Below, piece by piece: positions 39,100-51,105 of a DNA stretch of 64,000 bases. Below the pieces are notes generated by a model. That model saw nothing but the letters and a program-made list of their open reading frames with translations. It did no database searches and was not told where the DNA came from. A program made the position numbers and the translations under genes. How positions within the stretch are numbered: the stretch's first letter is position 1; the number at the start of each line of letters is the position of its first letter. The stretch spans positions 236,049 through 300,048 of the forward strand of contig RDEW01000016.1 of the NCBI GenBank assembly GCA_011109175.1, written 5' to 3'. This DNA comes from Dicyema japonicum (Eukaryota; Animalia; Dicyemida).

Positions 39100-40350
39100 A
39101 GTACATTGGCATCAATCAAAAAATTATTCGCCATTTTGTATCTACTTGTGATTCCTGGTAACCATTTCAACAGTCTAAAGACTTGTGAAGATATTCAAAT
39201 GATTACTGTTTCACATAAATTAGATTGTTGATAGACCGAAGAGGATCTTTCAAGGAACATATTAAAACACGAAGAAAGAAAGCTACAGGAATGTTGAAAT
39301 CTTTAATTCGATTTCATTTGGAGCCTGAAACTTTTCTTTTTGTGTATTCGGCGTGTGTTGAACCATTCTTGATATATGGTTATCAAGGATGGTTTAGAAC
39401 AAAAGAAAGTGATGTCTTTGTCAAAAAATTGGAAAAGTCCAGAAGATTTGCGATTAAATTGGCATATGGACTGGACTTAAAATCTAATATCGAAGAGGAT
39501 TACGACCTGAAAGTCAGAAAGATAAAAAATTATTACATCACTTATGGAAAATGTGATGTAATTTTTGGGGTCCAAACGAAGTAGAGACATGTGGTGTCTC
39601 ATAAAATGACCCTACACGATGAATACAAACCCACTTAATTAGTTTTGGTTCAGGTTTTGGTTTCTTTACAGTAATTAGTTTTGGGGTTTGTTAGAAAATA
39701 AAATTTGTCTTGTCTATGACGAAAAGCTGTTGAAGCTAACATTGCGAAGAAAAACAAAATTGACCAAAAAAGGAAAGAATCGAATGGAAAATTATTTCTA
39801 AAACGAGAAAATGCCCATAATGGAGAAAGTGAAGTTTCCAAAACTGGAACGAATAAGAAATTAAAGTCAGAGTTAGAATGTATGGGCAGACTGGCTGGAA
39901 TAGGACATATAATAAGAAACTTCTAAAAACAGTAGAAGCTTCAACACAGAGAAGAGAGTGGTGCTCTTAAGAAGAAGAGGGCAGCCACCGAAAAAACCAG
40001 AAGTAGTCAGGATAACCCTGGTTAATGCCCGTTCCTTCGGAAACGGGCCTCAATGCTGGTTGCTATAGCCAGCACGAACCAGATGGAAGTTCTAATTATA
40101 AACGAAACTAAATTGAAGCACATGGATTGGATTTAGCATCTGAAATTGATGACGAATACGAAAGAAAAACAAGAAGAATCGGTGATTTATTACATTGCTT
40201 GTGGAAACTCGCATTGTAATTGGGGCTTTTTACGGAGAAGAGACATACGGTGTCTCATGAGAGTGCCCCGATATAGACGACCCCAAATCTTGGTTTTCTC
40301 TTTAGTTAATGGCTCTTACCTTGTTTAGTTAGTTGGGGTTTTGCGAATAA
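39100..40350 (+). mobile_element. LINE pieces: RT 3' part followed by a basic ORF end and APE start
   Basis: IDRRGSFKEHI...VYSACVEPFLIYG..W; later RITLVNARS...LIINETKL. Confidence 0.7.
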
Positions 40351-40689
40351 ATTATGTTATCTGTTATGTTATCTTTCGGATTTGCTACAAAGTAACCTTA
40401 TATCTCGGTTCTTTTTCTTGGGGATTTAACATCTCTACTTTACTCCTGGATTTTACTTTTCTATTTTCCTTGGGGATTTAACTTATTTCTATTTTGTTTC
40501 TCTTGAGACAAAACTTAGTGGTTGTTAATGTTTTCAAGTGATAAATTTGTCTTTTCAACTCGGACAGTATCAACGCCCCGAGTTCTTATGACATACGACA
40601 ATAATTATATAATTAATATGTCCATGATTAAAGTGAAGTGGTTAATAAATATATATTTATTATGTAGCAAAACAATTAAAGTAATCTAG

Positions 40690-41110
40690 TTGAGCTAATT
40701 GGGTGGCAGTTTCTCCTGATATCTGCCAGAGAATTCTTGGAACAGGACTCGGTTTCGCGAAATTTGTTACTCGCTTTCGTTATCATGAATCCGAGCGATC
40801 TTGGCCCCGAAGACTCGGCTCGTTTTGACGACTACGGGCTGTACATAGAATCTTGCTGAGAAGCTGTCATATTTTCTTATTTTTAAATTCTCGAATGTTC
40901 CAGCAACCCGCAGCTTTAAACGCGGAGCCAGTAAGTATCAACTGTAAAAAGGTGTCGCTGCATGCCCCATTTCAAATCAAGCATTTTCTTCGAGAGACGC
41001 GGAATACAGTTACCCCGTCCAGGTGCATTTCCATGATCCAGTCTCACCGGTTCTAGAGATGACGGGAATCCACCAGCCTCAAGAGAGCGCTTCACAATCT
41101 CGTTGTTGGT
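40690..41110 (-). mobile_element. CRE-like endonuclease region, decayed
   Basis: DGVTVF..SDTF..AAG..KIRKY..IRRNC. Confidence 0.65.
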
Positions 41111-41714
41111 GCCATTCCTCGGGAACCTGTATTAGAGTTTTGCCATAGTAGACCAGCTAAAGATTTCTACATCGAACGCTAGGATTATCTATGAACTTGA
41201 TAAACAAGCAAACTTAATTCATAGGACCACAAGTAAATACCATGCTAGAAGATTATGCGATCCCAGCACAATCTCCTTCGCTATTCTCATAAAATTCTTT
41301 CCTATCAAACCGAGAGTAAATCTCATTGATTACTTCATTAAGCTCTCTATTCCGCCGCAAAACATTGATTGTTGTTGTGAGAGAAAATCACGCTCTACAA
41401 TGTTGTCCCGATAACCGGTGGTTGAATATTTGTCCTTTCGCTGATATTCAGTGACCTGTCGCATACTCACGGACGTGATGTTACAAGGTCATCCCAGGTG
41501 AGTAGTATTGAGACAATTTTAACCTTAAAATGATGACTATGTTTATATACGAGACTAGTGAAGGTGACTGTAGTGACGTGCCTTTATATATTCAGCTAAC
41601 TGCTGATTGGTCGGTTAGAAAACATAATGAATAGTTCACACCCTTAGAAGCAAGATCCATATTAAATAATATGTGACTCGTCTCTAACCTCATTAATAAT
41701 ATAATTCAAAATTT

Positions 41715-41965
41715 AATTCAGAATGACGGAGCGGTGGTCTTGTGAGAGACACAGAACCGGACCGACTACTCTGGAGGCCCTCATTAAACAAAACTCCGGC
41801 ATGCGGGAAGGTGGCCCTGCAATTACAGTCAGCCGCCCTTTACGAGCTTGTGTGGGTACGAGGGAGGAGCACCAAGAAAGAATGAAGATTTTGGCGGAGC
41901 GCATCGGGATCACGTGATAGTTAGTTTTGGTTTTACCGTGGTCTTGGGTGTTAAATAAATAAACT
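41715..41965 (+). mobile_element. LINE 3' end
   Basis: RPLRACVGTREEHQERMKILAERIGIT* with the family 3' UTR and aataaa. Confidence 0.8.
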
Positions 41966-42075
41966 TTAATTCAAATAGTCAGATGGGTGATACCACACGC
42001 GAGTATGATGAATTAAAATATTAAATATTTTATTGCATAATTAAATCAATAAAAAGTTATGTAATATAATTAACA

Positions 42076-42352
42076 AGAAATATTCTTGCCTCGGGGATCG
42101 CTACCGATTTACTCCTGTTGCGACCGAATCATCGGGAGCCGTTGGTCCAATGACGGCTGAATTCTTGCAAGAACTCGGAGGATTGCTTGCCAGAAAGAAA
42201 AGGGATCAACGAGAAGGGCTATGGCTAAGACAAAAGATTGGAATAGCCATACTCCGAAGGAACTCGTTCGCAATCCACGCAGCAGGCTTCCTCAACTGAT
42301 ATTTGTTTAATTGTTAAAAAAAATTTTAATTAAATAAAAAAAAAATAAAAAA
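42076..42352 (+). mobile_element. 5'-truncated CRE-like copy
   Basis: Nearly identical to 52180-52420; A-rich tail; 13-bp TSD aatataattaaca at 42063-42075 and 42353-42365. Confidence 0.9.
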
Positions 42353-43379
42353 AATATAATTAACATGAAAAATTCCATTAAAATGAAATTTTCAAGTCTC
42401 TTTTAACGTCTGTAAGGAACCAATGAGATAACCATAAACGAAATGTAAATTATCGACATTTTTGTTTACTCACTGAGTTATCCTCAAATGTCTTCTTTAT
42501 TATTTGCGATTAGAACTACATTTTTTCATGTCCATCACATCTATGTTCGAGGGAATCTTCATCCTGATAGATGATCCTCTGATAGGACGAGATTTGAAGA
42601 CGAATCCCACGTGTATCAGACACTTCCTTTGTTCTGAACTTCGATTTCGAAAGTTTTCTTAGTCTTCCTTCTTCGCAATAAGAAAGAAGACAAAGGGTTT
42701 CGTCAATCATTTAGCTAAGTACACATAGAGGGACGTCATCACCTCATTTTTCTACCATTTAAGCAGACAAAGTAATTATCCGAGACTTTTAATTACAGTA
42801 ATCAAATAATTCCCCGTTAAATATAATATATAATCCGACGACGATCGTGTTTTTCAATATTCCTGGAAATGGTTGTTTTGTGGCTTCATGGTTAGGTTCA
42901 ACCTCCAACTAAATCTGATGCTAATCAAAACAGCAATCTCGACGAAATGTACTGTTGTCCCCTGGGGGAATGGCATAAACGCGGGGAAGTCTGCAATCAG
43001 GTGTTGACAGATGATTTCATGTGAGTATTCATTATTTTATAATTTAGGAAGAGTATTTATCCCTCATGGGTTAACCTTTCAATTATAATATAGGGGACTG
43101 ACTCCGATAGTCAACGTTGAATCCTTTTTATCGTTCAATTTTACTGTTTCCTGTTAATATCCTTGACTTTCTTTAATTCCTTTATTCACGGTGAACGAAG
43201 ATTTTACATTTTATCAATCTTTTAAGCGTAAGTCAATTTAGCTAGATAACCCCAGTAGAATTTCACATTGGGGATATGTAGAATGCTTCAAGGATCCATT
43301 CGAGTCATCAGAAGGGTCCCGGTTTATCTAGTTTGGATCACGTTTATTTTATTATTTAATAAATCAATGTGTCTGAGAA

Positions 43380-44740
43380 GTAGATTTGCGGGTTATGTGA
43401 CTAAATATTAATGCTTTTATTTAATTGGTAATAAAATATTGACGTCTTTTGGTTTCAATGCAACCAACTGGGATTGACCACATCTGAAGACTCTCATAAT
43501 CTCATGGGTTTAAAGTATTGATTTCGGAAGATTCTAGTTATTTTTCTTGACAAATTATGAGTTTGAGTAAGCAACTAAGAAAAGGTACCCTCTATTTAGT
43601 GATCAGCTACATAAAAGGTTCAGGGTGTGGATCAAGAAATATTACCCCCAAGAAATGCAATAAGATTAAGATACTATTCAATATGAACAACTGGTAGTAG
43701 ATGAGACTGAAGTTGAGACGACCATAATCGAATGTAAGTCCAATACTTTGAGATACATGCTTACATTGATGATATTCTTCAATGTGTGAAAGACATGAAG
43801 AAGACTTATCAGAAGCGATTGTGTTACGATTTCCACAAGGTTCAGTTCTGAACCAGTGTTGTTTAATATCTTCATGGCGATCTTTCCCCACAATTTCCAG
43901 AGAATATGTGAGTTGATGCCTAAACTTATCTAAGAAGTCAAAAATTCTCTGAAAAGAGACTTATGAAATATGTGAATTGTGTTGAAGAATAACGGAGTTT
44001 CAAGAGGGTTGAATTTCTCTGTCGAAAAATATAATGTATACAAGTTGACAAATTCCAATCTGCGGTAACTGTCAAATTTGGATATAGAGGTTACATTAAG
44101 GAAAGAGAAATAAGATTTTTTAAGGTTTTATCGTATTTGGAGACTGAGTTAGAAAAAGGAGACTTGGTTCTTTTTATGGGGAGTCATACTATCTGTGTTA
44201 GTATATGGAAGCGAGATGAGGTTATTCCAAAATTGTTAGAATTGATTTATGAGGAGGTTCCACGTAGCACATCCGTAGAAGATGTATGGGTCGATGTACT
44301 GTTTATATAAGACTCAAAAACTGGATGGCTGCTGATCCTCCATAATCCTAGGAGACACTTCAGTTGGTTAATCTTGCACCCGACAACATCATTGGAAATT
44401 AAATTTTCTTTAGAACGGAATCAAAAGCCTAGTGGTTATCTATTAAACAGAGTACAGTTTTCATGAGTAGTAGCTTGTTTGAAAGCAAATGATTTATGAA
44501 AAAAGATCCAGGTGGGTAGAAGTAGAACCGTCCTCTCTGAAACCAAACTGAAAAGGAATATCAAAAGAACACCTTTGATTTTTCAAAGAACAAGCTTTCC
44601 AGTAGTTAAACGACGAGCAGAGAAGAGATACCAGTCATAGTAAGTAGAAAGTCCTTCGGTTTGCCAAGTTTCAGAATTGGACTGATCTAGGTGTGTTTCA
44701 TATAGTGTTTATGTTAATTGACATGTTGAATATCCTTTAA
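43380..44740 (-). mobile_element. Highly decayed APE-RT LINE
   Basis: SETW APE motif near 44670; RT-like remnants (YRRL, KILNN, IKAF) in broken frames. Confidence 0.5.
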
Positions 44741-44809
44741 TGAGGGAGATTTAACGCCGAGGTTTTTATGAATATTACTGGAAATTCTCTTACACTAATA
44801 ATAATAACA

Positions 44810-45960
44810 CCAGAGACCATGGTTACACAAACTAACTAATCACTTGATCCCAGCACGCTCTAGCAGGGACCTCATCTTGGCCCGATGCTCTTCCCTCGAT
44901 CCCATACAAGCACGTATCGGTCGAGTGACTGGGTTTTGCAGTTACGAAGGCGCGTTCCATGGTTCATTTGTATCAAGGCTACAAGTGGTAATGGTGGCTG
45001 AACTCTCTAGAAATCCAGCGTTCTATGATTTTAAGGGCTTTTTTACGGCTAGCCTCGATCTTCAAGACATTCGTCCAAGAGATGAATGGGCCCTATATAC
45101 CACATGCATAAGAGATGCATGGTTCATTGAATTGTTTATATATACAGCTCAAAACATAATGCTTTTCGATCTTCCATAAGCCTGTGAGGCATTTCAGAAC
45201 ATTAGTTTTTTTTCGCATTTCGTAATTACGTTTTCAACATGGGGCGAGAATGCCATATGTATGTCAAAAGTTACCCCCTAAGGATTCTTTAAAATTTTCT
45301 GAAAGAAATAACTTCATTGTTTACCTTTATTGCGACCGTTCGTCTTCTTAATCTCATGTCTGAAGTAAATAGGGTTGTGACAAAATTTTCACTGCTGGAA
45401 GTTAGGCGATTCTTCGATAGCCATTTTTCAAGACGTTCCAGATTTTCTTGGAATCTCGAAGTGGCAATCTGGATCTCCTAATCGAGTGATGCAATGACGA
45501 TGTCGTCAGCATAAGAAAATAATATCATTTTTGGAGTCTGGAGTGTGGAAGTCCGCCATGAATAGGTTGAATAAAACTGGAGACAAAGGGGATCCTTGGG
45601 GAACCCAATTAGGGAGAAGCCGTGAAATAGACCTTGACTGACCAATGCAGACGCGTCCTTTCCGACCACTAAGGAAGTTAGCTAGCCAGAGTTTGAGCTT
45701 TCCAAGTAAGAAATTTTCCAAGTGAGAATCCTTTTTGACACAGAGTCAAAAGCATTGTGGACGTCTATGATGCAAAGTACAGTCTTCATTTGTCCCGGCC
45801 TATGCAAGAAACCATATCGTATAAAGTTAGTCATTGCAGATAAGTGGGTTGAAGTAGACCTCTCTTTTTTAAAACCATGTTGAAATGACAAGTCCGGTAT
45901 GAAATTTTTGATTTTCGCAAGAACCAGCCTTTCCAGAATTTTCGACACCGAACACAATTT
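44810..45960 (-). mobile_element. Ingi/Vingi-like LINE, RT and 3' end
   Basis: SKILERL, QHGFK, DVHNAFDSV, VPQGSPLSPVLFNLF, SYADD; 3' part closely similar to 51194-51475 joined to 53151-53480. Confidence 0.9.
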
Positions 45961-46150
45961 TTTATTTTCACCGAACACAATAACGCGATTGGTCTGTATG
46001 ATGAAACAATAATAATAATCTGTATCTGTATGATGAAACAATATCCAGATTAACTTAAATTAATTAAATTTAATTATTTTAAAAATTAAAAAATTATTTA
46101 AAATTTCAAAATTGAAATAAATAGAACAAGATTAAATATTTAATCGTTAA

Positions 46151-47221
46151 ATGAATTTTTCAAACTCATCTGATTATTTAATTTATTATTATCATCATTT
46201 AATCGTAACGGATGCTTATCCTCACTATATTAAGGTGACTGAAAGATTCTTTTTAATTTTCTGGTCATTTTTTGGTATTCCGGGAAATATATTTTCAATA
46301 GTAATATGGAGTGCTCCAGAACTGAAGAAATTCTCATCCGGAGTCTATATGATGTCGTTGGGAGTAGTGGAATTATTATTTTTCACATCAAACTGCGAAT
46401 TACGGTCTAGTGTTGTGTTTGGTTACAATTACTTGGACTCCAACAATTTCATGTGCAAACTAAATGCGGCCACGTTCAACTTTTGTCAATTTGCTTCCCC
46501 ATTGTTGATTCTCTGTTTTTCAGTTGAACGTTTTATTTCTGTAAAGAAGCCTTTACTAAGGCGGATGTACTGTAATCCGAAAATAGCGACGATTGTGACC
46601 TGTAATGTGCTATTTGTGTGTTGTTTGCTGGCTATTCCTTATGCAATGATACACAAGAGTAGGAGACACTCAGACGGCAGCCATGAGTGTCTCCGGATTT
46701 TTGAGAATGAAAATTTTTTTAGCAAAATTTACATAATATCGTTGCAGTTAATCATGGTTATGGTTATTCCGTTTATGGTGATAATATTTAACGGGTTGAT
46801 GTGGCGACAGGTCAGAAAGGAATACTTCGGGACTCTCATTTCTTCAAAACTGACCTTCAGCCTCATTTTTACTTCACTGATTTTCGTTGTTTGTGCTTGG
46901 CCTTATTCGATTCTCTACACAGTGAATTTTACCATGGAAACGTCTAAACATGTCAATAATATAAACGAGAAAATCAGAATTTTTAAAAATATCATTTTTA
47001 TTCATCAAATCAAGATGATTTACTTTTATGCCATTTATTCGTCCCACTTTGCTACCAAATTCTACATTTTGCTTCTCAGTAATAAAACTGCGTGGAAATT
47101 ATTTCTCACAAGACTCACGAAACTTTCAAATGATTTCATTTATTTCATTACATGCCACAAAAGTCAAAAATATTTGATAAAAGGCAAAAATAATCTAAAT
47201 TCTAAACATGAAAATATTTAA
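46151..47221 (+). CDS. Intronless rhodopsin-class (class A) GPCR, peptide/FMRFamide-receptor-like, 356 aa
   Basis: Seven hydrophobic segments; GIPGN in TM1, Cys at the start of TM3, FSVERF (DRY-like), IPF in TM5, FVVCAWP in TM6; N-terminal NFS/NSS sequons. Confidence 0.9.
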   Translation: MNFSNSSDYLIYYYHHLIVTDAYPHYIKVTERFFLIFWSFFGIPGNIFSIVIWSAPELKKFSSGVYMMSLGVVELLFFTSNCELRSSVVFGYNYLDSNNFMCKLNAATFNFCQFASPLLILCFSVERFISVKKPLLRRMYCNPKIATIVTCNVLFVCCLLAIPYAMIHKSRRHSDGSHECLRIFENENFFSKIYIISLQLIMVMVIPFMVIIFNGLMWRQVRKEYFGTLISSKLTFSLIFTSLIFVVCAWPYSILYTVNFTMETSKHVNNINEKIRIFKNIIFIHQIKMIYFYAIYSSHFATKFYILLLSNKTAWKLFLTRLTKLSNDFIYFITCHKSQKYLIKGKNNLNSKHENI

Positions 47222-47288
47222 GCATTTTAATTTTTTTTAATTTTAATTTAATTTTAATTTAATTTTAGCGCTCAACATGTCAATAATA

Positions 47289-49218
47289 TGTCACATGGGC
47301 GGCGCGTAACGCATGGGCAGCCTGTTACATTTTTTCGACCTTGAAAAGGTCTTTTGATTATCCGACATTATTATTATTATTCCCCAGAATCACTGGGTCA
47401 AAAAGAAAGAAATAAAAATTCTCATCTAACTAAGTGATCCCAGACAGACAAAGCTCATTGGATTATCCGACATTTAATTTTATATATCCGATTTATATCG
47501 TGATTTAATCCTGTTAAATTAGTTTTTTATTCATAAATGTTATGATTATAAAGATTTTATTTTTTTATAGCGGTAAACCTAGATTTCTAGCGTGATTTAT
47601 AGCATGGAAGATTATTTTGTTGCAATGGCTTCTTACAAGGGTTTTGTGAAAGATTGCGTTGAATATCAAACTTTAAAAGATGCTTTGCATGATAAATTTC
47701 CCGAAAATCTTCCGAGGCACCGAAAATATAGGCTTGTAAAGAAGATAGAGAATTTTTCTATTATCAATGACAGGTATTGTAAATTTTCAATAATTTTAGA
47801 CTGTATCTTAAATCAACTGATCCCAAGTTAGTCATATCCCTGGATAATGAAACCGAAATGGAGCATGTTGCGAAATCGTTGCACGAGTTTTCACACGGAG
47901 GAGTCAATAAAATTGAGTATGAATGTCGACAAAGATACTTCACTGTAAAGAATGAGATTATCAGAAAAGTCATTCGAAATTGTGAAGTCTGCAAATTTTC
48001 GCGTCCTTTAAAAGTTCGTGATTTTTTATAATTGTAGATTGGAGATATAAATCACCATGTGTTTGCTTCTTCTCCAAATGAACGTTTTCAGATAGAACTA
48101 ATAGACCTGAAAAAATTTTTAACATTAAATGAAAATTTCAAATGGGTTTTAACGGTCATTGACATATATAGTAGGTTGGTTTTTTTTTTAATTTATAGAT
48201 TCGCTTTTGTACGACCACTCTATAATAAGTCTGGTAAAGAAGTATGTGAAAACTTAAGATCTTTGTTCCGCCTGAATGGGCCATGTAAATTTCTTCAGTC
48301 GGACAATGGTTCTGAATTTAAAAATCAAGAAATAACAAAACTTTGTGAAGATTTTAACATTAAGCAAATTCACGGAAGGCCTAACAATCCACGAGCACAA
48401 GGAATTGTCGAAAGATTTAATCAGACGATCACGAGGAAGTTGTCAAAAATGCTGGATAACAGTGAAAAAAAGTGGCTTGATAAATTAGAAAGTGCTGTCT
48501 ACAGTTACAACATATCGGTCCATTCATTTTCTAACGAAAGTCCTTTCGAAAGATATCGAGGAATTAAGGGAATAAATTCAATAATTAATGGTTATACTTA
48601 TATCATTATGACTTAGATAATTTAAGTGATGAGTGTGCGATTCCAGAACAAATTGACGATTTGGTTAATTGTTCGACTCCAGAATCTATTGAAAAATTCA
48701 CGTAGTTTGATTTAAAAAATTTATATCTAGATAATTCCCAGTCAGATAATTTGTGTCCGAATGCGAAGAGATTCAATTTCGAAATTAAATCGATTGAAGA
48801 AAATTCTAATTATTACAAAGCTATGAACAGGAAAATGAATGTTCATAATAGTAAATATACTTTTAACATGGGAGATAAAGTATGAATCAAAAACATTAAT
48901 AAATAGGTTCGGGCTAAAAAGGACTTTGGAACAAATCCCTCATTGCGACTGGATAAGTTTGAGTCTCAGTATTATCCAGTTGCAGAAATAATTAATATTT
49001 TATCGAATAATCGCGTGGAGGTAGTTTTAAATAGTTTAATTTGATAGATAAAAAATTCGAAAGGAGAAATATCGACTGTATTAATGAGTAGACTAAAAAA
49101 AGTTACTTAAATTTAATTTTTTGTGGTTAATAAATCATTTATAAAATTAATTGAAGTTAATCTTGGTTCAAGGTTAATGTAACAGGCTGCCCATAGGTAA
49201 CGCTTGGCCCATGTGACA
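47289..49218 (+). mobile_element. Complete Ginger-type (integrase) DNA transposon
   Basis: 43-bp TIRs at 47289-47331 and 49176-49218 (37/43 identical) with TGT...ACA ends; 5-bp TSD taata at 47284-47288 and 49219-49223. Confidence 0.92.
47604..49110 (+). CDS. Ginger transposase: HHCC finger, integrase core and C-terminal domain, about 7-8 micro-introns
   Basis: Introns 47774-47799, 48014-48037, 48175-48198 and others; H-EFS-H...CEVC, FQIELID, QSDNGSEF, QGIVERFN (D35E spacing), FNMGDKV...SRLKK*. Confidence 0.85.
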
Positions 49219-49785
49219 TAATATTCCTTCTTGAGTTGACATTTGATAAAGTTAATAAGCGGATGTAATATTGTAATCAATGTAGTACTCTCAGATAACG
49301 AATTAAAGCAGAGATTAAAGACTGACAGTTAACATAAGAGTCTCATATAGTTTGTAGCTAATGAATTCAAATAATGTCTATTACGTCTATTAAAGTCTCT
49401 CATTGTAGATTTATCACCCCTAATTATGATCTTTATTTTCGTCCCTCTAGTCCTTTAATCTGCTTGTATCAAAGACGTGTTCCCCTTCTTGTCCATCCGT
49501 ACGTTGGTGGATTACAAAATCCTCAGTATTGTCGTTAACCTATGGCTTCGACCCATGTATGTTAGCTTCATCACGTTTTTGTTAACCTTTATAGATTGTC
49601 CTGAACAGAGAAATATCACAGATAAATTTACTAACAAAAATACAATGAAAACTCATTCACTTTTACGTTTCAATAAAATAAACGGAATTATGAAAATCAT
49701 TTTGTCTCAATAAACATTAATTTAAAATATTGTTCATAAACTCTTCAACCTTCAATATAAATTATATAAACTTTTGGATATTTTT

Positions 49786-51105
49786 TTAATATTTCAGTTT
49801 TGATTTCTCCATTAAGCCTATTGCCAATTCAACCAATCCCTCAGCATTTTTACCATCAAATTTGGCAAAGGAAGCACAATTTATTATTACTAGCCAATCG
49901 TTCTTGCCTATAATCGCACTCTGCCCTAGTGCCTTCCTGGAGTTAACACGGTCATTCATATTCTCCAGACAAACTTTATAACCAAACATGACAACCTCCT
50001 AATAGCATTAACGAACGTCCACATTTGTTGTTGAGGGTAAAACAGGCGTTCAAGTAATGAAAGGCGGAAGCAAAATATCCCCCAGTGAGTTCAGCCAGTC
50101 CACAGTTGTAGGCAATCTCCCAACTGAGAGGACTAATTCTGTGAGCTCTTCTTAGACAGAGAATTGCCTACAGTTTATGCCGATAATAACTTTTTGATAT
50201 TCTCCTTCTCCCAAAAAACAGAGCCCTGCGTTATTCCAGACTGAAGGAATGTCCACGTGGTTTTGTGAAGCTAAGATTAGCTTCTCTTTAGCTGCGCTGT
50301 ATCCTTCGTTCGAATAAAGCATGACTGATAGAGAAATGAGAGATTTTGTGTCCCCAAAGTCGCAGATTACTGCTCTACCGAAGTATTCAAAAGCTTTCGG
50401 GAGATTCTGTCTTGACAAATAAATCTGCCCCAATTTTGTTGAAATAACAGGATCATTCTGTTCAAACCTATAAAATCATATCCACACATAGCTACTGCTC
50501 AGCAGCTTTGTAGGTCTCTCAGCACTCTCTTGTTCCCCGCATTCCTCCAAGAACTCCCCCAAAAGGTTGAATGATTCCTTACATTTGTGAATCCTTAAGG
50601 ACTTTATTATGAATTCTTTGCCCTTTCGTGTATTTAACAGCAAACCATATCATACTCCCTTAAATACTTACAGCACGTGGCCAGGCTTAAGAGTACATCC
50701 TAATTGGTCACAGTCATAATACTCATTTTGTTTCATGCTTTAATATTTGCTGGTAAATATTAAAGGCGGTTCTGAGTTTTCCCAATAAAGAGCTAAATTG
50801 AATTTGTGTTATACAAGGAAATGGCCACGTGTCTTATATATTCTATGTTTTTGGACAGGCCTTGACGACTTTTTGCATAGTTCGTGAGGATTCTTCGAGA
50901 TGTCCAAACTGTCGTTGATTTATTCCTTCAATTTATATCATCAAACACCATTAAATTTAAGCAGTTCTGGGAGTACATAGTCCTGTTCATCAATTTCGTG
51001 ATCTATAATATTTTTGCACGTGTCTATATCTCCTTGTACACAGTATAAGTGAATAAGCCAGTTTATGTTTGCCTTGTGGACTTTAGGCACTTTAACTGTT
51101 GCCAT
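49786..51105 (-). CDS. BBS4: Bardet-Biedl syndrome 4 TPR protein (BBSome), multi-exon; 3' end approximate
   Basis: ATG at 51105: MATVKVPKVHKANINWLIHL; VWNNAGLCF...AILCLRRAH.ISPLSWEIAYN.GL....GYFASAFHYL matches recalled BBS4 motifs. Confidence 0.85.

Larger units (their letters stand above)
38377..40600 (+). mobile_element. Non-autonomous Ginger-like DNA transposon
   Basis: About 90-bp TIRs (38377-38466 and 40511-40600) with TGT...ACA ends; 5-bp TSD ataat at 38372-38376 and 40601-40605; transposase N-terminal remnant at about 38815-39030; contains tandem repeats and LINE pieces. Confidence 0.85.
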
